Notes: generated from the letters alone by a model not told the origin. 64,000 nucleotides of DNA from Candidatus Shapirobacteria bacterium (GCA_028704885.1 JAQWEN010000001.1:651203-715202), one strand, 5' to 3'; counted from the stretch's first letter, positions 26,085 through 36,254 are shown. Translations and numbers: made by a program.

Positions 26085-27980
26085 TTAGTATATATCAGGA
26101 TCGTAGATGAGATCATCGTCATTTTTGGAATTTTTTCCATGACGATAATCGTGAATAATTTCTAAACTTTCTTCAAATTCAACTAATTCTGGTGGAATAT
26201 CAGCTAAAAATCGACTTGGTTCATTTAAACTGCTTTTGCCAAAAAATAAACGACGAGTGGCATAGGAAATATAAAGATAATCTTTGGCGCGAGTAATGCC
26301 AACATAACAAAGACGACGTTCTTCTTCTATTTCTGATTCATTAATTAAACACCTAGAATGAGGCAAAATTCCCTCTTCAAAACCAACCATAAAAACAACT
26401 TCAAATTCCAAACCTTTAGCACTGTGGAGGGTCATTAATTTTACACCGTCTCTGTTTTCTTTTTTCTTATTTTTTTCCTGGAGGGAATATTCTTGTTGAA
26501 CTAAAGTAATGTTTTCCAAAAATCCAATAAGACTAGGATGAGCGGCGGCAACCGATTTTAATTCCTTAATGTTTTCAATTCTTTTTTGATCCTCTTCATC
26601 TTTGGCATCAAATTTATCAAGATAGCCAGAATTAACAACTAATGATTCTAAAATTTGAAGAGAAGTGAGATTTTCTAAATCCATACTTTTAAGATGTTCA
26701 AGAAGAACGGCTTTTTTGCGTTTACCTAAAGCTTTTTCGATTCTTTCTTCAGAAATATGGTCAGAATCATTACTGGCAAAACGAAGCATAGATAAAATAT
26801 CTTTGATTTCGGCACGTTCATAAAAACGAATACCGCCCAATAAAACATAAGGAATACTAAGACGTAAAAAGGCTTCTTCGAGAACACGGGACTGAGCATT
26901 CATGCGGTAAAGAACGGCTATATTTCGAAGAGGAATTTTTAAATTGTCATTTATAAATTTAACTTTTTGAGCAATAAAATCAGCTTCGGCAACTTCTGAT
27001 TCGGCTTCAAAAATTTTTATTTTATCTTCTGAAATTTTTTTGGTAAATAATTTTAAAATAGGATGAGAATTATTTTTGGAAATAACAGCATTAGCAGCAT
27101 CAAGAATAATTTGAGTAGAGCGATAATTTTCCTCAAGATTAATAACTTTAGTATTTTTAAAATCGGCGGTAAAACTGACAAGGTTTCGGTAATCAGCTCC
27201 GCGCCAGCCATAGATAGCTTGAGAGGCATCACCAACAACAGTGATTTGATTGTATTTTTTGGCGAGAAGTTTAGTGAGAAGATATTGGATTTGGTTAGTA
27301 TCCTGATATTCGTCAACCATAATAAATTTATATATTTCTTGGTATTTAGCCAAAACATCGGGATATCCTAATAATAATTCGGCGGTTTTAAAAAGAAGAT
27401 CATTAAAATCGAGAGCATGAAATTCAAATAATTTTTTTTGATAAAGTGAATAAATTTTGACAGCATAATCTTGCCAAAAACCATGACTTTGGGCACTCAT
27501 TTCTTTTGGAGTTTGAAAAGAATTTTTGGCGGCTTCGATAAAATATAAGACACTAGATGGTTTAAATTCTTTAGTAGTTAAACCTAATTCATGAAGAATA
27601 TTCTTAATTAAATTCTCTTGATCATTGGTGTCATAGATAACAAATTTGGAAGGGATGCCAATATTGTGACCATCGACACGTAAAACCCGACAACAAAAAG
27701 AATGGAAAGTCCCAGCAAAAAAGGAATTAGGTTGGAGATCTTTGATCGTAGATAGGAGTTTGTTAGTACGGGTTTTCATCTCTTCAGCGGCCTTGTTGGT
27801 AAAAGTGAGAAGTAAAATTTCTGATGGTTTAGCGATTTTTTGTTGAATAAAATAAGCAACCCGATGAGTTAGAACCCGAGTTTTACCAGAACCGGCACCG
27901 GCTAATAGAAGAAGCGGCGAGCCAACATGGGTGACGGCTTCTTTTTGAGGTGGATTTAATCCTTCTAAAATATCTTGCAT
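26085..27980 (-). CDS. uvrD: UvrD/PcrA-family ATP-dependent DNA helicase
   Basis: LNPPQKEAV...AGAGSGKTRVLTHRVAYFI, VDEYQDTNQIQ and LMTLHSAKGLEFEVVFMVG. The ATG at 27980 is preferred over the TTG at 27986. Confidence 0.9.
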   Translation of the reverse strand: MQDILEGLNPPQKEAVTHVGSPLLLLAGAGSGKTRVLTHRVAYFIQQKIAKPSEILLLTFTNKAAEEMKTRTNKLLSTIKDLQPNSFFAGTFHSFCCRVLRVDGHNIGIPSKFVIYDTNDQENLIKNILHELGLTTKEFKPSSVLYFIEAAKNSFQTPKEMSAQSHGFWQDYAVKIYSLYQKKLFEFHALDFNDLLFKTAELLLGYPDVLAKYQEIYKFIMVDEYQDTNQIQYLLTKLLAKKYNQITVVGDASQAIYGWRGADYRNLVSFTADFKNTKVINLEENYRSTQIILDAANAVISKNNSHPILKLFTKKISEDKIKIFEAESEVAEADFIAQKVKFINDNLKIPLRNIAVLYRMNAQSRVLEEAFLRLSIPYVLLGGIRFYERAEIKDILSMLRFASNDSDHISEERIEKALGKRKKAVLLEHLKSMDLENLTSLQILESLVVNSGYLDKFDAKDEEDQKRIENIKELKSVAAAHPSLIGFLENITLVQQEYSLQEKNKKKENRDGVKLMTLHSAKGLEFEVVFMVGFEEGILPHSRCLINESEIEEERRLCYVGITRAKDYLYISYATRRLFFGKSSLNEPSRFLADIPPELVEFEESLEIIHDYRHGKNSKNDDDLIYDPDIY

Positions 27981-27992
27981 GGACAAAATTAA

Positions 27993-30335
27993 CTATAGTT
28001 GGTAAATCTTAGTTTTACCAGACTGAAATATAATTTGCCCACCAATTTTTATAAAATTATCTTCATTTAATTCAGGATATTTTTCGTATTCTTTGGTACC
28101 AACAAAAATATATTGAATATTATATTTTTGAATTAATTTTTTTAATCGATTAAGATCTGAACTTGATGATTCGTTTTTAGTTTCTGGAATTTCGGCATAC
28201 AGAATTAATTTTTGATTTGGATGAATTAATGAGGGATTTTCTAAATTATTAAGCGATGCAATTTCTTTCCATAAATATTCATTTTTAAGTTGTTCTTTTG
28301 AAATTTTCCAAAGTGTATCTCCAGAAGAAACAGTATATTCAATATTTTTATTATTTTCTAATGGTTCATTGTTTTTAGTTGATGATTCATAGATGGCTTG
28401 AACGTCGTCTTGGCGTTGTTTTGGTTTATCGTAACCTCCACGCCAAAGCCATTCATGAACTATCCAACCTTCAACAGTTGGAAGGCCGGTAGCGACAGAA
28501 ATTTGATTGAAAGTAGTATAACTATCACCTACTGCTTCAAGCATGACTGGTTGACCGGAAATATTTTTGTTAATCCAATCAATCGCTTTAAAATTATCAG
28601 AATAACCGTCTTTTAAGTAATTTAAACCCCACAATCCTTGATAAGTTTTTGAGCCGTAAAATGATTTAATGGCAAAATAGGGATAAATTAAATGGATTGA
28701 AAAAATTAAAGTAAAAAGAATACCATATAAAATATTTGGAATTTTGGATTTTAATAATAATCTGGTTTTGTAAAAAACATAGCCGGAAACTAGGGCATAC
28801 ATCATGAAGGCCTGATAAACTAATTTGAACATGGTGTTGGCGCGACGGTGTTCGTAAATATAAATATCCTTTAAGTAAACTAATTCGGGAATAATAATCA
28901 AAATAGTGGCGGTAATGATCAGAGCAAAAACAAAAAGATCAGAATTTGAATTATAATTTTTAATTTTTAATTTGAAATTTTTAATAAACGATAATATCAG
29001 GGGTAAAACAATTAACCAAAAACCACCATATAAAATAAACAATTGATAAAAAGCACTGTGACCATCAGAAATTCTGATACCATTAGTCATGGGAACAAAA
29101 TTTGAAGAGAAGGGAATACTAAAAATAAACCAAGCTGCAATTGTTAAGACTCCATTGATTAAAGTTTTTTTAATAGCTGATTTTCGATCATTTTTAAGAT
29201 TCAAAAAGAAAGTAAAAACAGCAAAAAGAAGACCATAAATAGCAAAATCCCAAGCATTGGTCATATAAGCAATTGACAAAACAAAACCGGAAATAATAAT
29301 AACAGGATAGTTAATTAAAGCAGAAGAAAAAAAACTTGAAGCTAATAAAAAAGCCATAAAAAATAAGACAATAGGAATGTCATTCATATGACCATGAAGG
29401 TCAGCAACGACAAAACTATAAAGTGGAAACTCGTGAATAGTTTTATCTTTAATATCAGGGTCGTGACCAATAAAACGAGTGGCGTCTGGATACCAATATT
29501 TATCGGCTGACTCACTAATAGCTTTTTTTGATAAAACTAATTTGCCATTATCTTGAATATCTATTTTGGCAATTTTATAAACTGAATGAAGATTGCCACC
29601 AAAAGTTAGAAGAAGAGCTGAAATTAAACCAGCGATGATAATTTTTGGAACAAACCCACCCGCCCTATGGGCACCCTCCCTTGACAAGGAGGGCTTTATT
29701 GTTAAAAAAACTAGATTTGAAGCAATAGAAAAAGTAAAAGAAAAGGTAAAAGCACAAACAGTGGCTATAGATAAATTGTAAGTAATAGCCGAACTAATGG
29801 TGCTTAATTTAGTTAAAACAGCAAAAATTATATGACCAAAATAATAATAATTAATAATTTCACCAGAAAACCACATGTCTTGGGGAGGTAAAAATTTAGA
29901 ACGTAGGGCTGAATTAATAAAACCCCAATCCATATATTTTTCCAAACCTTCAATATCTGAGGCAAAACCCCTAACAAAAGACCAAACAACTAGAATTGAA
30001 AGAAATAAAATTTCTTGAAAAATGAAAACCTTATAATTTTCTTTAATAATTTTTAAAAATAGAGATAAATTATTTTTGTATCTAAGAAATAAAATATTTA
30101 GTAATAAAATTAGGGCTAAGATTAAAAATAAATTTAAATTACTAAAAACTAAAATTTTAAAAACACCACCGACTAAAATTAGATAAGTTGAAAAAACAAT
30201 ACAAATAATTTTGGAAAAAATATAACCCTTATCCCAAAATTTTTTAAATAGGAAAACAGTTATTGGCAAAGTTAAAAGACCTAAAGAAAAAATCAAAAAC
30301 CACCAAGAAATAATTGGAGTTAGATCGGACAACAT
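27993..30335 (-). CDS. large polytopic membrane protein (about 13+ TM helices) with C-terminal LysM domain
   Basis: Hydrophobic N-terminal 500 aa with the YWYPDATRFIGHDPD...HEFPLYSFVVADLHGH block. The C-terminal LysM is YTVSSGDTLWKISKEQLKNEYLWKEIASLNNLENPSLIHPNQKLIL. Contains the in-frame GC-rich element R2. Confidence 0.6.
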   Translation of the reverse strand: MLSDLTPIISWWFLIFSLGLLTLPITVFLFKKFWDKGYIFSKIICIVFSTYLILVGGVFKILVFSNLNLFLILALILLLNILFLRYKNNLSLFLKIIKENYKVFIFQEILFLSILVVWSFVRGFASDIEGLEKYMDWGFINSALRSKFLPPQDMWFSGEIINYYYFGHIIFAVLTKLSTISSAITYNLSIATVCAFTFSFTFSIASNLVFLTIKPSLSREGAHRAGGFVPKIIIAGLISALLLTFGGNLHSVYKIAKIDIQDNGKLVLSKKAISESADKYWYPDATRFIGHDPDIKDKTIHEFPLYSFVVADLHGHMNDIPIVLFFMAFLLASSFFSSALINYPVIIISGFVLSIAYMTNAWDFAIYGLLFAVFTFFLNLKNDRKSAIKKTLINGVLTIAAWFIFSIPFSSNFVPMTNGIRISDGHSAFYQLFILYGGFWLIVLPLILSFIKNFKLKIKNYNSNSDLFVFALIITATILIIIPELVYLKDIYIYEHRRANTMFKLVYQAFMMYALVSGYVFYKTRLLLKSKIPNILYGILFTLIFSIHLIYPYFAIKSFYGSKTYQGLWGLNYLKDGYSDNFKAIDWINKNISGQPVMLEAVGDSYTTFNQISVATGLPTVEGWIVHEWLWRGGYDKPKQRQDDVQAIYESSTKNNEPLENNKNIEYTVSSGDTLWKISKEQLKNEYLWKEIASLNNLENPSLIHPNQKLILYAEIPETKNESSSSDLNRLKKLIQKYNIQYIFVGTKEYEKYPELNEDNFIKIGGQIIFQSGKTKIYQL
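29654..29693 (+). repeat. GC-rich double-hairpin repeat element, copy R2, located in-frame inside the 27993-30335 CDS
   Basis: Sequence acccacccgccctatgggcaccctcccttgacaaggaggg. It encodes KPSLSREGAHRAGG in a loop between TM helices. Confidence 0.55.
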
Positions 30336-30337
30336 AA

Positions 30338-30910
30338 CTATTTAATAAAGAAAACAAAATTAAAAATCGTTCTGATTATTTCAGTAAGAAAAACTGGTAA
30401 AACAATCCATTTTGAAAGTAGCCAAATAAGGCTACCAGCAATTATTCCACCAAACATATCGATTGGATAATGAAAACCAATAAAAATACGGAAAAACAAA
30501 AGGGGTGAAACTATTGATAAAAATAAAGGAACTGAAAAAACTTGATATTGGATAATAAACAAAAGAAAATAAAGACTTTTAATGGTGTGACCAGAAGGGA
30601 AGGAACCAGTTTTATACCATTTTTTAACTAAACCTGGAGGAAGATTATCATTTTTCTCAAAAAGTGGTCGACGCCAATAAATTTTGCTTTTTAAAAAACG
30701 TTCAAAAAATTCAGCAATAATTGTAGCAATAAGAATCTGCCAAAAAATATTGGCATCTTTTCTGATTAAGAGATAAGAAACATAAAAGAAAAAAAACCAG
30801 ATTATATAATTAAGAATAATTAAGATTTTTTTTCTTAATAAGTTTTGTTCAAACCAGAGTAGCCAATCTTTTTTAGGCTGCCAAAATAAAAGCGATTTTA
30901 AAAAACTCAT
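30338..30910 (-). CDS. PAP2-family lipid phosphate phosphatase
   Basis: Motifs KSKIYWRRP (KxxxxxxRP), FPSGHT (PSGH) and FRIFIGFHYPIDM (SRxxxxxHxxxD-like). Six TM helices. Confidence 0.8.
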   Translation of the reverse strand: MSFLKSLLFWQPKKDWLLWFEQNLLRKKILIILNYIIWFFFFYVSYLLIRKDANIFWQILIATIIAEFFERFLKSKIYWRRPLFEKNDNLPPGLVKKWYKTGSFPSGHTIKSLYFLLFIIQYQVFSVPLFLSIVSPLLFFRIFIGFHYPIDMFGGIIAGSLIWLLSKWIVLPVFLTEIIRTIFNFVFFIK

Positions 30911-30953
30911 TCATTTATTATAAAACCTTTTTGAATATTGTTATAATTCAGTT

Positions 30954-32102
30954 GTGAAAATATTAATTTCAACACCTTATTATTTGCCTAATGTTTCGGG
31001 AATTACAGTTTATATTAATGTATTGGCAGAAGAACTGGTAAAAAGAGGACATAAAGTAACAATTTTAACCAGCAGACATGATTTAACGACAAAAAAGGAA
31101 GAAACTGTAAATGGAGTAAAAATAAGACGGTTAAAAATTGCTTTCAAAATAGGTAAAGGGTCGATTGTTCCCTCTTTTTTATTTGAATCAATAAAAGAAA
31201 TTAAAAAGCATGATGTAATTGACTGCCAACTTCCTCAGCCAGAATCTTTATGGATAGCAATTGTAGGAAAATTTTTAGGTAAAAAAGTATTTTTGACTCA
31301 TCATACTGATTTAAGTTTTTGGAAAGGATTTAAAAATAAAATAATTGACGGGGGAGTTTTTATTTGTCAATATTTAGCGGCATTATTATCAACTAAAATA
31401 ATCCCCTATACTGATGATTATGCTAAGAATTCATATTTCTTAAAAAGATTTTTTGATAAAACAGTGGCGATTTATCCACCAATCAAATTTGAGGAAAAAG
31501 AAGATTTTAATCTAGAAGTAAAGATTAATACATTGGTTAAAAATAAAAAATATGTGATTGGATTTTGCGGTCGAATTGCTAAACAAAAAGGAATTGAATT
31601 ATTAATAAAATCGAGTAAGTTATTGGATAAAAAATTAGGAAAAGATAATTATGTGATTCTGATGGTAGGACCAATAACGGTAATTGGAGAAAATTATTAT
31701 GATTATTTACAAAATAAATATAAATCAATCTTGAAAGAAAGATTTATTTTTATGGACAATATTGAAAGAAAATTTCTTTCTACTTTTTACAAAAAAATTG
31801 ATTTATTGGTTTTACCAAGTGACGACAGATTAGAATCTTTTGGTTGGGTGCAAATTGAAGCAATGAAATGTGGAACGCCATGCGTGGCGACAAATTTACC
31901 AGGAATGAGAATTCCTGTTTTAGAAAGTAAATTTGGGGAATTATTTGAAAATAAAAACGAGATTGATTTGGCTAATAAAATAGAATTGGTTTTGAAAAAT
32001 GGAAAAAAATATTACCAAAATAAATTTATTAAAAATATCGATATTTTTAATTACGAAAAAAGTTTAGATGATTACGAAAAATTATTTTCAGAAAGAGTTT
32101 AA
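30954..32102 (+). CDS. GT4-family glycosyltransferase (GT-B fold)
   Basis: 382 aa with a GTG start. C-terminal EAMKCGTPCVATNLPGM matches the GT4 E-x7-E region. The N-terminus ISTPYYLPNVSGITVY is typical of GT4. Confidence 0.85.
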   Translation: MKILISTPYYLPNVSGITVYINVLAEELVKRGHKVTILTSRHDLTTKKEETVNGVKIRRLKIAFKIGKGSIVPSFLFESIKEIKKHDVIDCQLPQPESLWIAIVGKFLGKKVFLTHHTDLSFWKGFKNKIIDGGVFICQYLAALLSTKIIPYTDDYAKNSYFLKRFFDKTVAIYPPIKFEEKEDFNLEVKINTLVKNKKYVIGFCGRIAKQKGIELLIKSSKLLDKKLGKDNYVILMVGPITVIGENYYDYLQNKYKSILKERFIFMDNIERKFLSTFYKKIDLLVLPSDDRLESFGWVQIEAMKCGTPCVATNLPGMRIPVLESKFGELFENKNEIDLANKIELVLKNGKKYYQNKFIKNIDIFNYEKSLDDYEKLFSERV

Positions 32103-33758
32103 ACTAAAAGCTGAGGTTTTTTGAAATATTAAGACTTTAGGATGATCATAAACAGTAAAAGCTTCTTCGGCAGAAGTGTCATTAAAGACAGGATAAGAAG
32201 TGAATTCGGCAACTTGTTTGAAACCCAAAGAACCATCAAAAAGTGATTGATAATATTTAGCGGTTAAGGGATAAATATTTGAATTTCTGGGAATGGGTAA
32301 ATAAAAACGATTTGAAGAAATAATAATATAATCTGATTTGATTAATTGGTCTTTTATAATAGAAATCTTTTCTTGGCTGTCTGAATCTGCAATAGCAAGA
32401 CTTTGGTATTGGTAATCATAAATAGATTTATTTTTCAAAAACAAAGGCAAGGAATCATCCCAATATTCAGTTGCTAAAGTTGAACCAATTGGAATATTTT
32501 GATAAATCCACTTGGAGGCAGTTACTCGGGTGTGATCTTTTAAATAAATAGAGATAAAACAAATTGGATAAATTAATAAAATTATAAAAAAGAAAATTTT
32601 TACTAATTTTAAATTTAATAGTTTTGTTTGATGAATAAAAAAAGCAGAACTAATACAAAGAAAAGGATAAATTGGTAAAAAGTAACGCATGGTGGTAACG
32701 TGTTGAATTCCCTGATAAAAAAATAGAAGTAATATCCAGAAAATGATAATTAATAATTCATAATTTTTAATTTTTGATTTGAAATTTTTAATGATTGAAT
32801 AAAAAATGGAGAGGATAAAAATAATTCCTAAAGGTAATCCGGCACCCCAAAGGATAATATTTTTAAGAGGAAAAATTAGAGGAATAGTTTTTAACCATTG
32901 AATCCCCGGTGGATAATAAGACATTTGATTGTAGCTTTGAAGTTCTTTTAAATTAGAAATAAATTGAGGATTAAGATTCCAATTTATTAAATTACCTGAA
33001 GAAAAAGCTTGAGGTTGATTAAACCTGAAAATTAATGAAGTAAATAAAACAAAAATTAGACCATAAAAAATTAGTAATTTGGGGTTTTTATAAAAAATAA
33101 ACAAAAAATAAATAAAGATTACCGGCAAAAAATAAATGGCAGAAATTTTGCAAGATAAAGCAATTCCAAAAGATAAAGATAATAAAAAAACTTTTTTAAA
33201 TATATTTTTTTTGTCTTTAATTATGACTAAAAAATAAAAGGAGAGAACTATAAATAAATTTAAAAATGGATCGACAGTATAGAAATGAGATAGCTGAATT
33301 GGCAAAACACAAATGGAATAAAAGAAAGAAGATAGCAGAGCAATTTTTTGATTAAATATTTTTTGAGAAATTAAATAAATTAATAAAACAATTAAAACAT
33401 CAGCTAAGATAGTTAAGCCACGGCCAACAAAATGAATTTGATCGTAAGTTATTTTATTTAAAAATTCGCCTGCTATCTTAACTAAATTTAAAGGAAAAGC
33501 ACCATAAACAAAAAAAGAAAAATTATTATTGTAGGGATTCAATGTTGAAGTTTGAGGATTTAGATATTGACTAAGAGAAGTTGGTATTTTAATAGTAGTT
33601 AAAACCATGGTTAAAAATCTTTCATCTGGATGGAGATGTTGATTTTGATCCCAATTAAAACCAATAGTTCTAAAAAAAAGAGCTATAGATAAAATCGATA
33701 ATAGCAAAAAAATATTTTTTTTAGATTTAATTAGATAGAAGCAATTCTTGATAGTCAT
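32088..33758 (-). CDS. GT-C-fold polyprenyl-phosphate-dependent membrane glycosyltransferase (ArnT/PMT-like), paralog 1
   Basis: N-terminal loop motif HPDERF (the DE motif of GT-C enzymes). About 12 TM helices and a C-terminal soluble domain shared with the neighbouring paralog (YYQSLFDGSLGF...VYDHPKVLIFQK). Confidence 0.6.
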   Translation of the reverse strand: MTIKNCFYLIKSKKNIFLLLSILSIALFFRTIGFNWDQNQHLHPDERFLTMVLTTIKIPTSLSQYLNPQTSTLNPYNNNFSFFVYGAFPLNLVKIAGEFLNKITYDQIHFVGRGLTILADVLIVLLIYLISQKIFNQKIALLSSFFYSICVLPIQLSHFYTVDPFLNLFIVLSFYFLVIIKDKKNIFKKVFLLSLSFGIALSCKISAIYFLPVIFIYFLFIFYKNPKLLIFYGLIFVLFTSLIFRFNQPQAFSSGNLINWNLNPQFISNLKELQSYNQMSYYPPGIQWLKTIPLIFPLKNIILWGAGLPLGIIFILSIFYSIIKNFKSKIKNYELLIIIFWILLLFFYQGIQHVTTMRYFLPIYPFLCISSAFFIHQTKLLNLKLVKIFFFIILLIYPICFISIYLKDHTRVTASKWIYQNIPIGSTLATEYWDDSLPLFLKNKSIYDYQYQSLAIADSDSQEKISIIKDQLIKSDYIIISSNRFYLPIPRNSNIYPLTAKYYQSLFDGSLGFKQVAEFTSYPVFNDTSAEEAFTVYDHPKVLIFQKTSAFSLNSF

Positions 33759-35301
33759 CTGGACTTAGATTATTAACTTTTTTATAAATTCTAATAGTTG
33801 GTTGATCAAAAACAGACCAAGTTTCTTCAGCGTTTTCAGAATTTAAAAATAAATCCTTTTGATTACTAATTTTGATTATTTCCGAAAATCCAAGGTTTTG
33901 AGAAAATAAATTTCGATAATATTTTTGAGATAAGGGATAGTTTTCATTATTTTGATTTTTAAAAACTCGACGAGAAGGAATAAAAATATAATCGGCTGAA
34001 GTTAAAGCATCGGCTAGTTTGTTTAGATTATTTTTATCTGAATCCAATTCATAAAAATTAAAATTATCAACCTGAAGACTAGGGTAAGAAACTGGAAAGT
34101 TAACAACATTCCCCGATTCAGATAAAATAAAGGAATTGGATGGAATGTTGGATTTAACTAAATTTGAGGCATAAATTCTAACGTCAGGTGAAAAATATTT
34201 TTTGAAAAAATAAATACCTGGACTAATCATTAATAAAAGCAAAATAATAGTTAATATTTTATTGTTAATTTTTTTAAAAAGATAAAGACAAAAAAATGGA
34301 CCGATAAAAAAGAGGGGGGACATAAAACGAGTCCATTTTACAAATAGCTGACCAGCGTACAAAAAATAAATTATTGCTGGAACAAAAATTAATAATAATT
34401 CTTTTTTTAATTTGGTTTTTATAAAAAAGAAAAAACCAATAAAAGAGAAAATAAAAATAAATATTCCATTAGCATAGGGAAAAATATTTTTAAGCTGAAA
34501 AATATACGGCAGGGAATTTTCAAATTGACGGGTATAAAAAACTCTTAATTTACCGGTGGCAACTGCTGTTTCGTAAATCATTGATGATTTAAAATCTGAA
34601 AATTTGATTAGGTTAAAAGGAGAAAAAATAATTGCTAGTAATAAAAATATAATAGTAAATATTAAAGAGGTTAAAATAAATTTTGATATTTTTTTGTCTT
34701 TTAGAAAAAGCAAAAAGAAACAAAGATAAGTTGGTAAGACAAAAAAAATGGCGGTTATCTTCGAAGCCAGACCAACAGCACTAATTAAAATTAGAAATAA
34801 TAAATATTTCTTTTTTTGGTGTTGAAAATATTTTAAAGATAGGAGGATGTTGGCCGAAAAAACAAAGGTGAGAATTGATTCAGTGGTGCCAAAATGGGCA
34901 GATTGAATGAGACCAGGAGTAAAAATAAGAAGCAAAATGAATAAATAACTTATTTTTCTTGATTTAAAAATTATTTTGGAAATTAAATAAAAACAATAAA
35001 TCGAGAGACAGGAAAAGGTAGCTGACCAAAAACGCAAAGTCAAAATTATGGTGGAAAAATTATGTAAAGGGGTGGTTAGAAAGGTTAAAAAGAGAGGAAA
35101 TTGGCCGTAAGCAAAAAAATTGGGATTAAGGTTTTTAAAATTCATTTGAGCCACTGATGTGGCCATATTGTTTTCATCGGGATTAAAAAAATAACCATTA
35201 CCCCAATTTAGAAAACAAAAACGAGTAATAAGAGTAATTATCAATAAAAACAGCGGAAACAATATTTTTTTGACTTGATTAAATTGCATAAACAATACCA
35301 A
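33727..35301 (-). CDS. GT-C-fold polyprenyl-phosphate-dependent membrane glycosyltransferase (ArnT/PMT-like), paralog 2
   Basis: N-terminal NPDENN motif. Polytopic. The C-terminal domain YYRNLFSQNLGF...VFDQPTIRIYKK is paralogous to the 32088-33758 protein. Confidence 0.6.
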   Translation of the reverse strand: MVLFMQFNQVKKILFPLFLLIITLITRFCFLNWGNGYFFNPDENNMATSVAQMNFKNLNPNFFAYGQFPLFLTFLTTPLHNFSTIILTLRFWSATFSCLSIYCFYLISKIIFKSRKISYLFILLLIFTPGLIQSAHFGTTESILTFVFSANILLSLKYFQHQKKKYLLFLILISAVGLASKITAIFFVLPTYLCFFLLFLKDKKISKFILTSLIFTIIFLLLAIIFSPFNLIKFSDFKSSMIYETAVATGKLRVFYTRQFENSLPYIFQLKNIFPYANGIFIFIFSFIGFFFFIKTKLKKELLLIFVPAIIYFLYAGQLFVKWTRFMSPLFFIGPFFCLYLFKKINNKILTIILLLLMISPGIYFFKKYFSPDVRIYASNLVKSNIPSNSFILSESGNVVNFPVSYPSLQVDNFNFYELDSDKNNLNKLADALTSADYIFIPSRRVFKNQNNENYPLSQKYYRNLFSQNLGFSEIIKISNQKDLFLNSENAEETWSVFDQPTIRIYKKVNNLSPDDYQELLLSN

Positions 35302-36208
35302 TTATCATCAGTCCCCAAGTTAGAACTGAAATCAAAAGAGGTATATCGGTAGCAATTATTCTCTCTGGTCGCTCGCCTTCCTGCATCTCAAAAATTATTT
35401 GACCATAACGCATCATGCCAAAAATTACCGGTAAAAGAGTGATCATATACCATTTTCGATTTAAAGCATTAGGGATGTTTTCCAAAAGAAAACGATGCAG
35501 AAGACCTGATCCGGTAAAAGCAACTGATTCTTCAAAAAAAGTGAACATGGCGTAAGTAATTAGAGTACAAACGGCAAACATGGTGGTGTAAAAATTTAGT
35601 AAATTTTTGCCGTAACCAGCAAGAGCAGAGCGAGTTTTAATTCCACTATTAACTAATTCACTGCGACGTTTACCACTAGCAATAAATAAAGATAAAAAGA
35701 TTACAGCTAACATAATCCAAATTGGAAGATGATATCCAGTAACAATTTCTCCAGCATAGGCGCGAATTATAAAAAATAAAGCAATACCAACAATATCGAT
35801 GATGGCTTTTTTCTTAAGGAATAAAGAATAAGCATATTGCAGTAAAATAAAAAACAAAGAGATTATAAAAAATCCGTAACTAGTGAAAAGAGCAATTGTT
35901 AAACCTAAAATAAGGAGGATTATAGCGATAAAAGCAGCTAAATATTCAGGAATATCGCCCCTGGCAATTGGTCGATTTTTTTTAACTGGATGAAGACGAT
36001 CTTTATTTACATCAAGAAGGTCATTTATTATGTAAGAAGAAGAAGATAGTAAACAAAAAGTTATAAAAGCAAAAATACTTTTAATAAATAATTCTTTGTT
36101 AAACAATTGGCCATTTAAAATTATGGCAGCAAAGATAGCTAAGTTTTTTATCCATTGAATAGGACGAAGTTCTTCTAATATAGAATTTAATTTGACGGTT
36201 CTTAACAT
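35279..36208 (-). CDS. UbiA-family prenyltransferase, decaprenyl-phosphate phosphoribosyltransferase-like
   Basis: NDLLDVNKD (NDxxDxxxD) and a second Asp-rich region. 8-9 TM helices. The context (PAP2 + GT-C) parallels mycobacterial Rv3806c-Rv3807c. Confidence 0.75.
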   Translation of the reverse strand: MLRTVKLNSILEELRPIQWIKNLAIFAAIILNGQLFNKELFIKSIFAFITFCLLSSSSYIINDLLDVNKDRLHPVKKNRPIARGDIPEYLAAFIAIILLILGLTIALFTSYGFFIISLFFILLQYAYSLFLKKKAIIDIVGIALFFIIRAYAGEIVTGYHLPIWIMLAVIFLSLFIASGKRRSELVNSGIKTRSALAGYGKNLLNFYTTMFAVCTLITYAMFTFFEESVAFTGSGLLHRFLLENIPNALNRKWYMITLLPVIFGMMRYGQIIFEMQEGERPERIIATDIPLLISVLTWGLMIIGIVYAI

Positions 36209-36254
36209 CGATATACTATCATACCACCAAAAATGTTTAGCTCTAAAAACGAAA

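Noticed and set aside
27053-27371. 101-aa (-) and 102-aa (+) ORFs inside uvrD
   Set aside because: Alternative-frame or antisense overlaps of the helicase gene.
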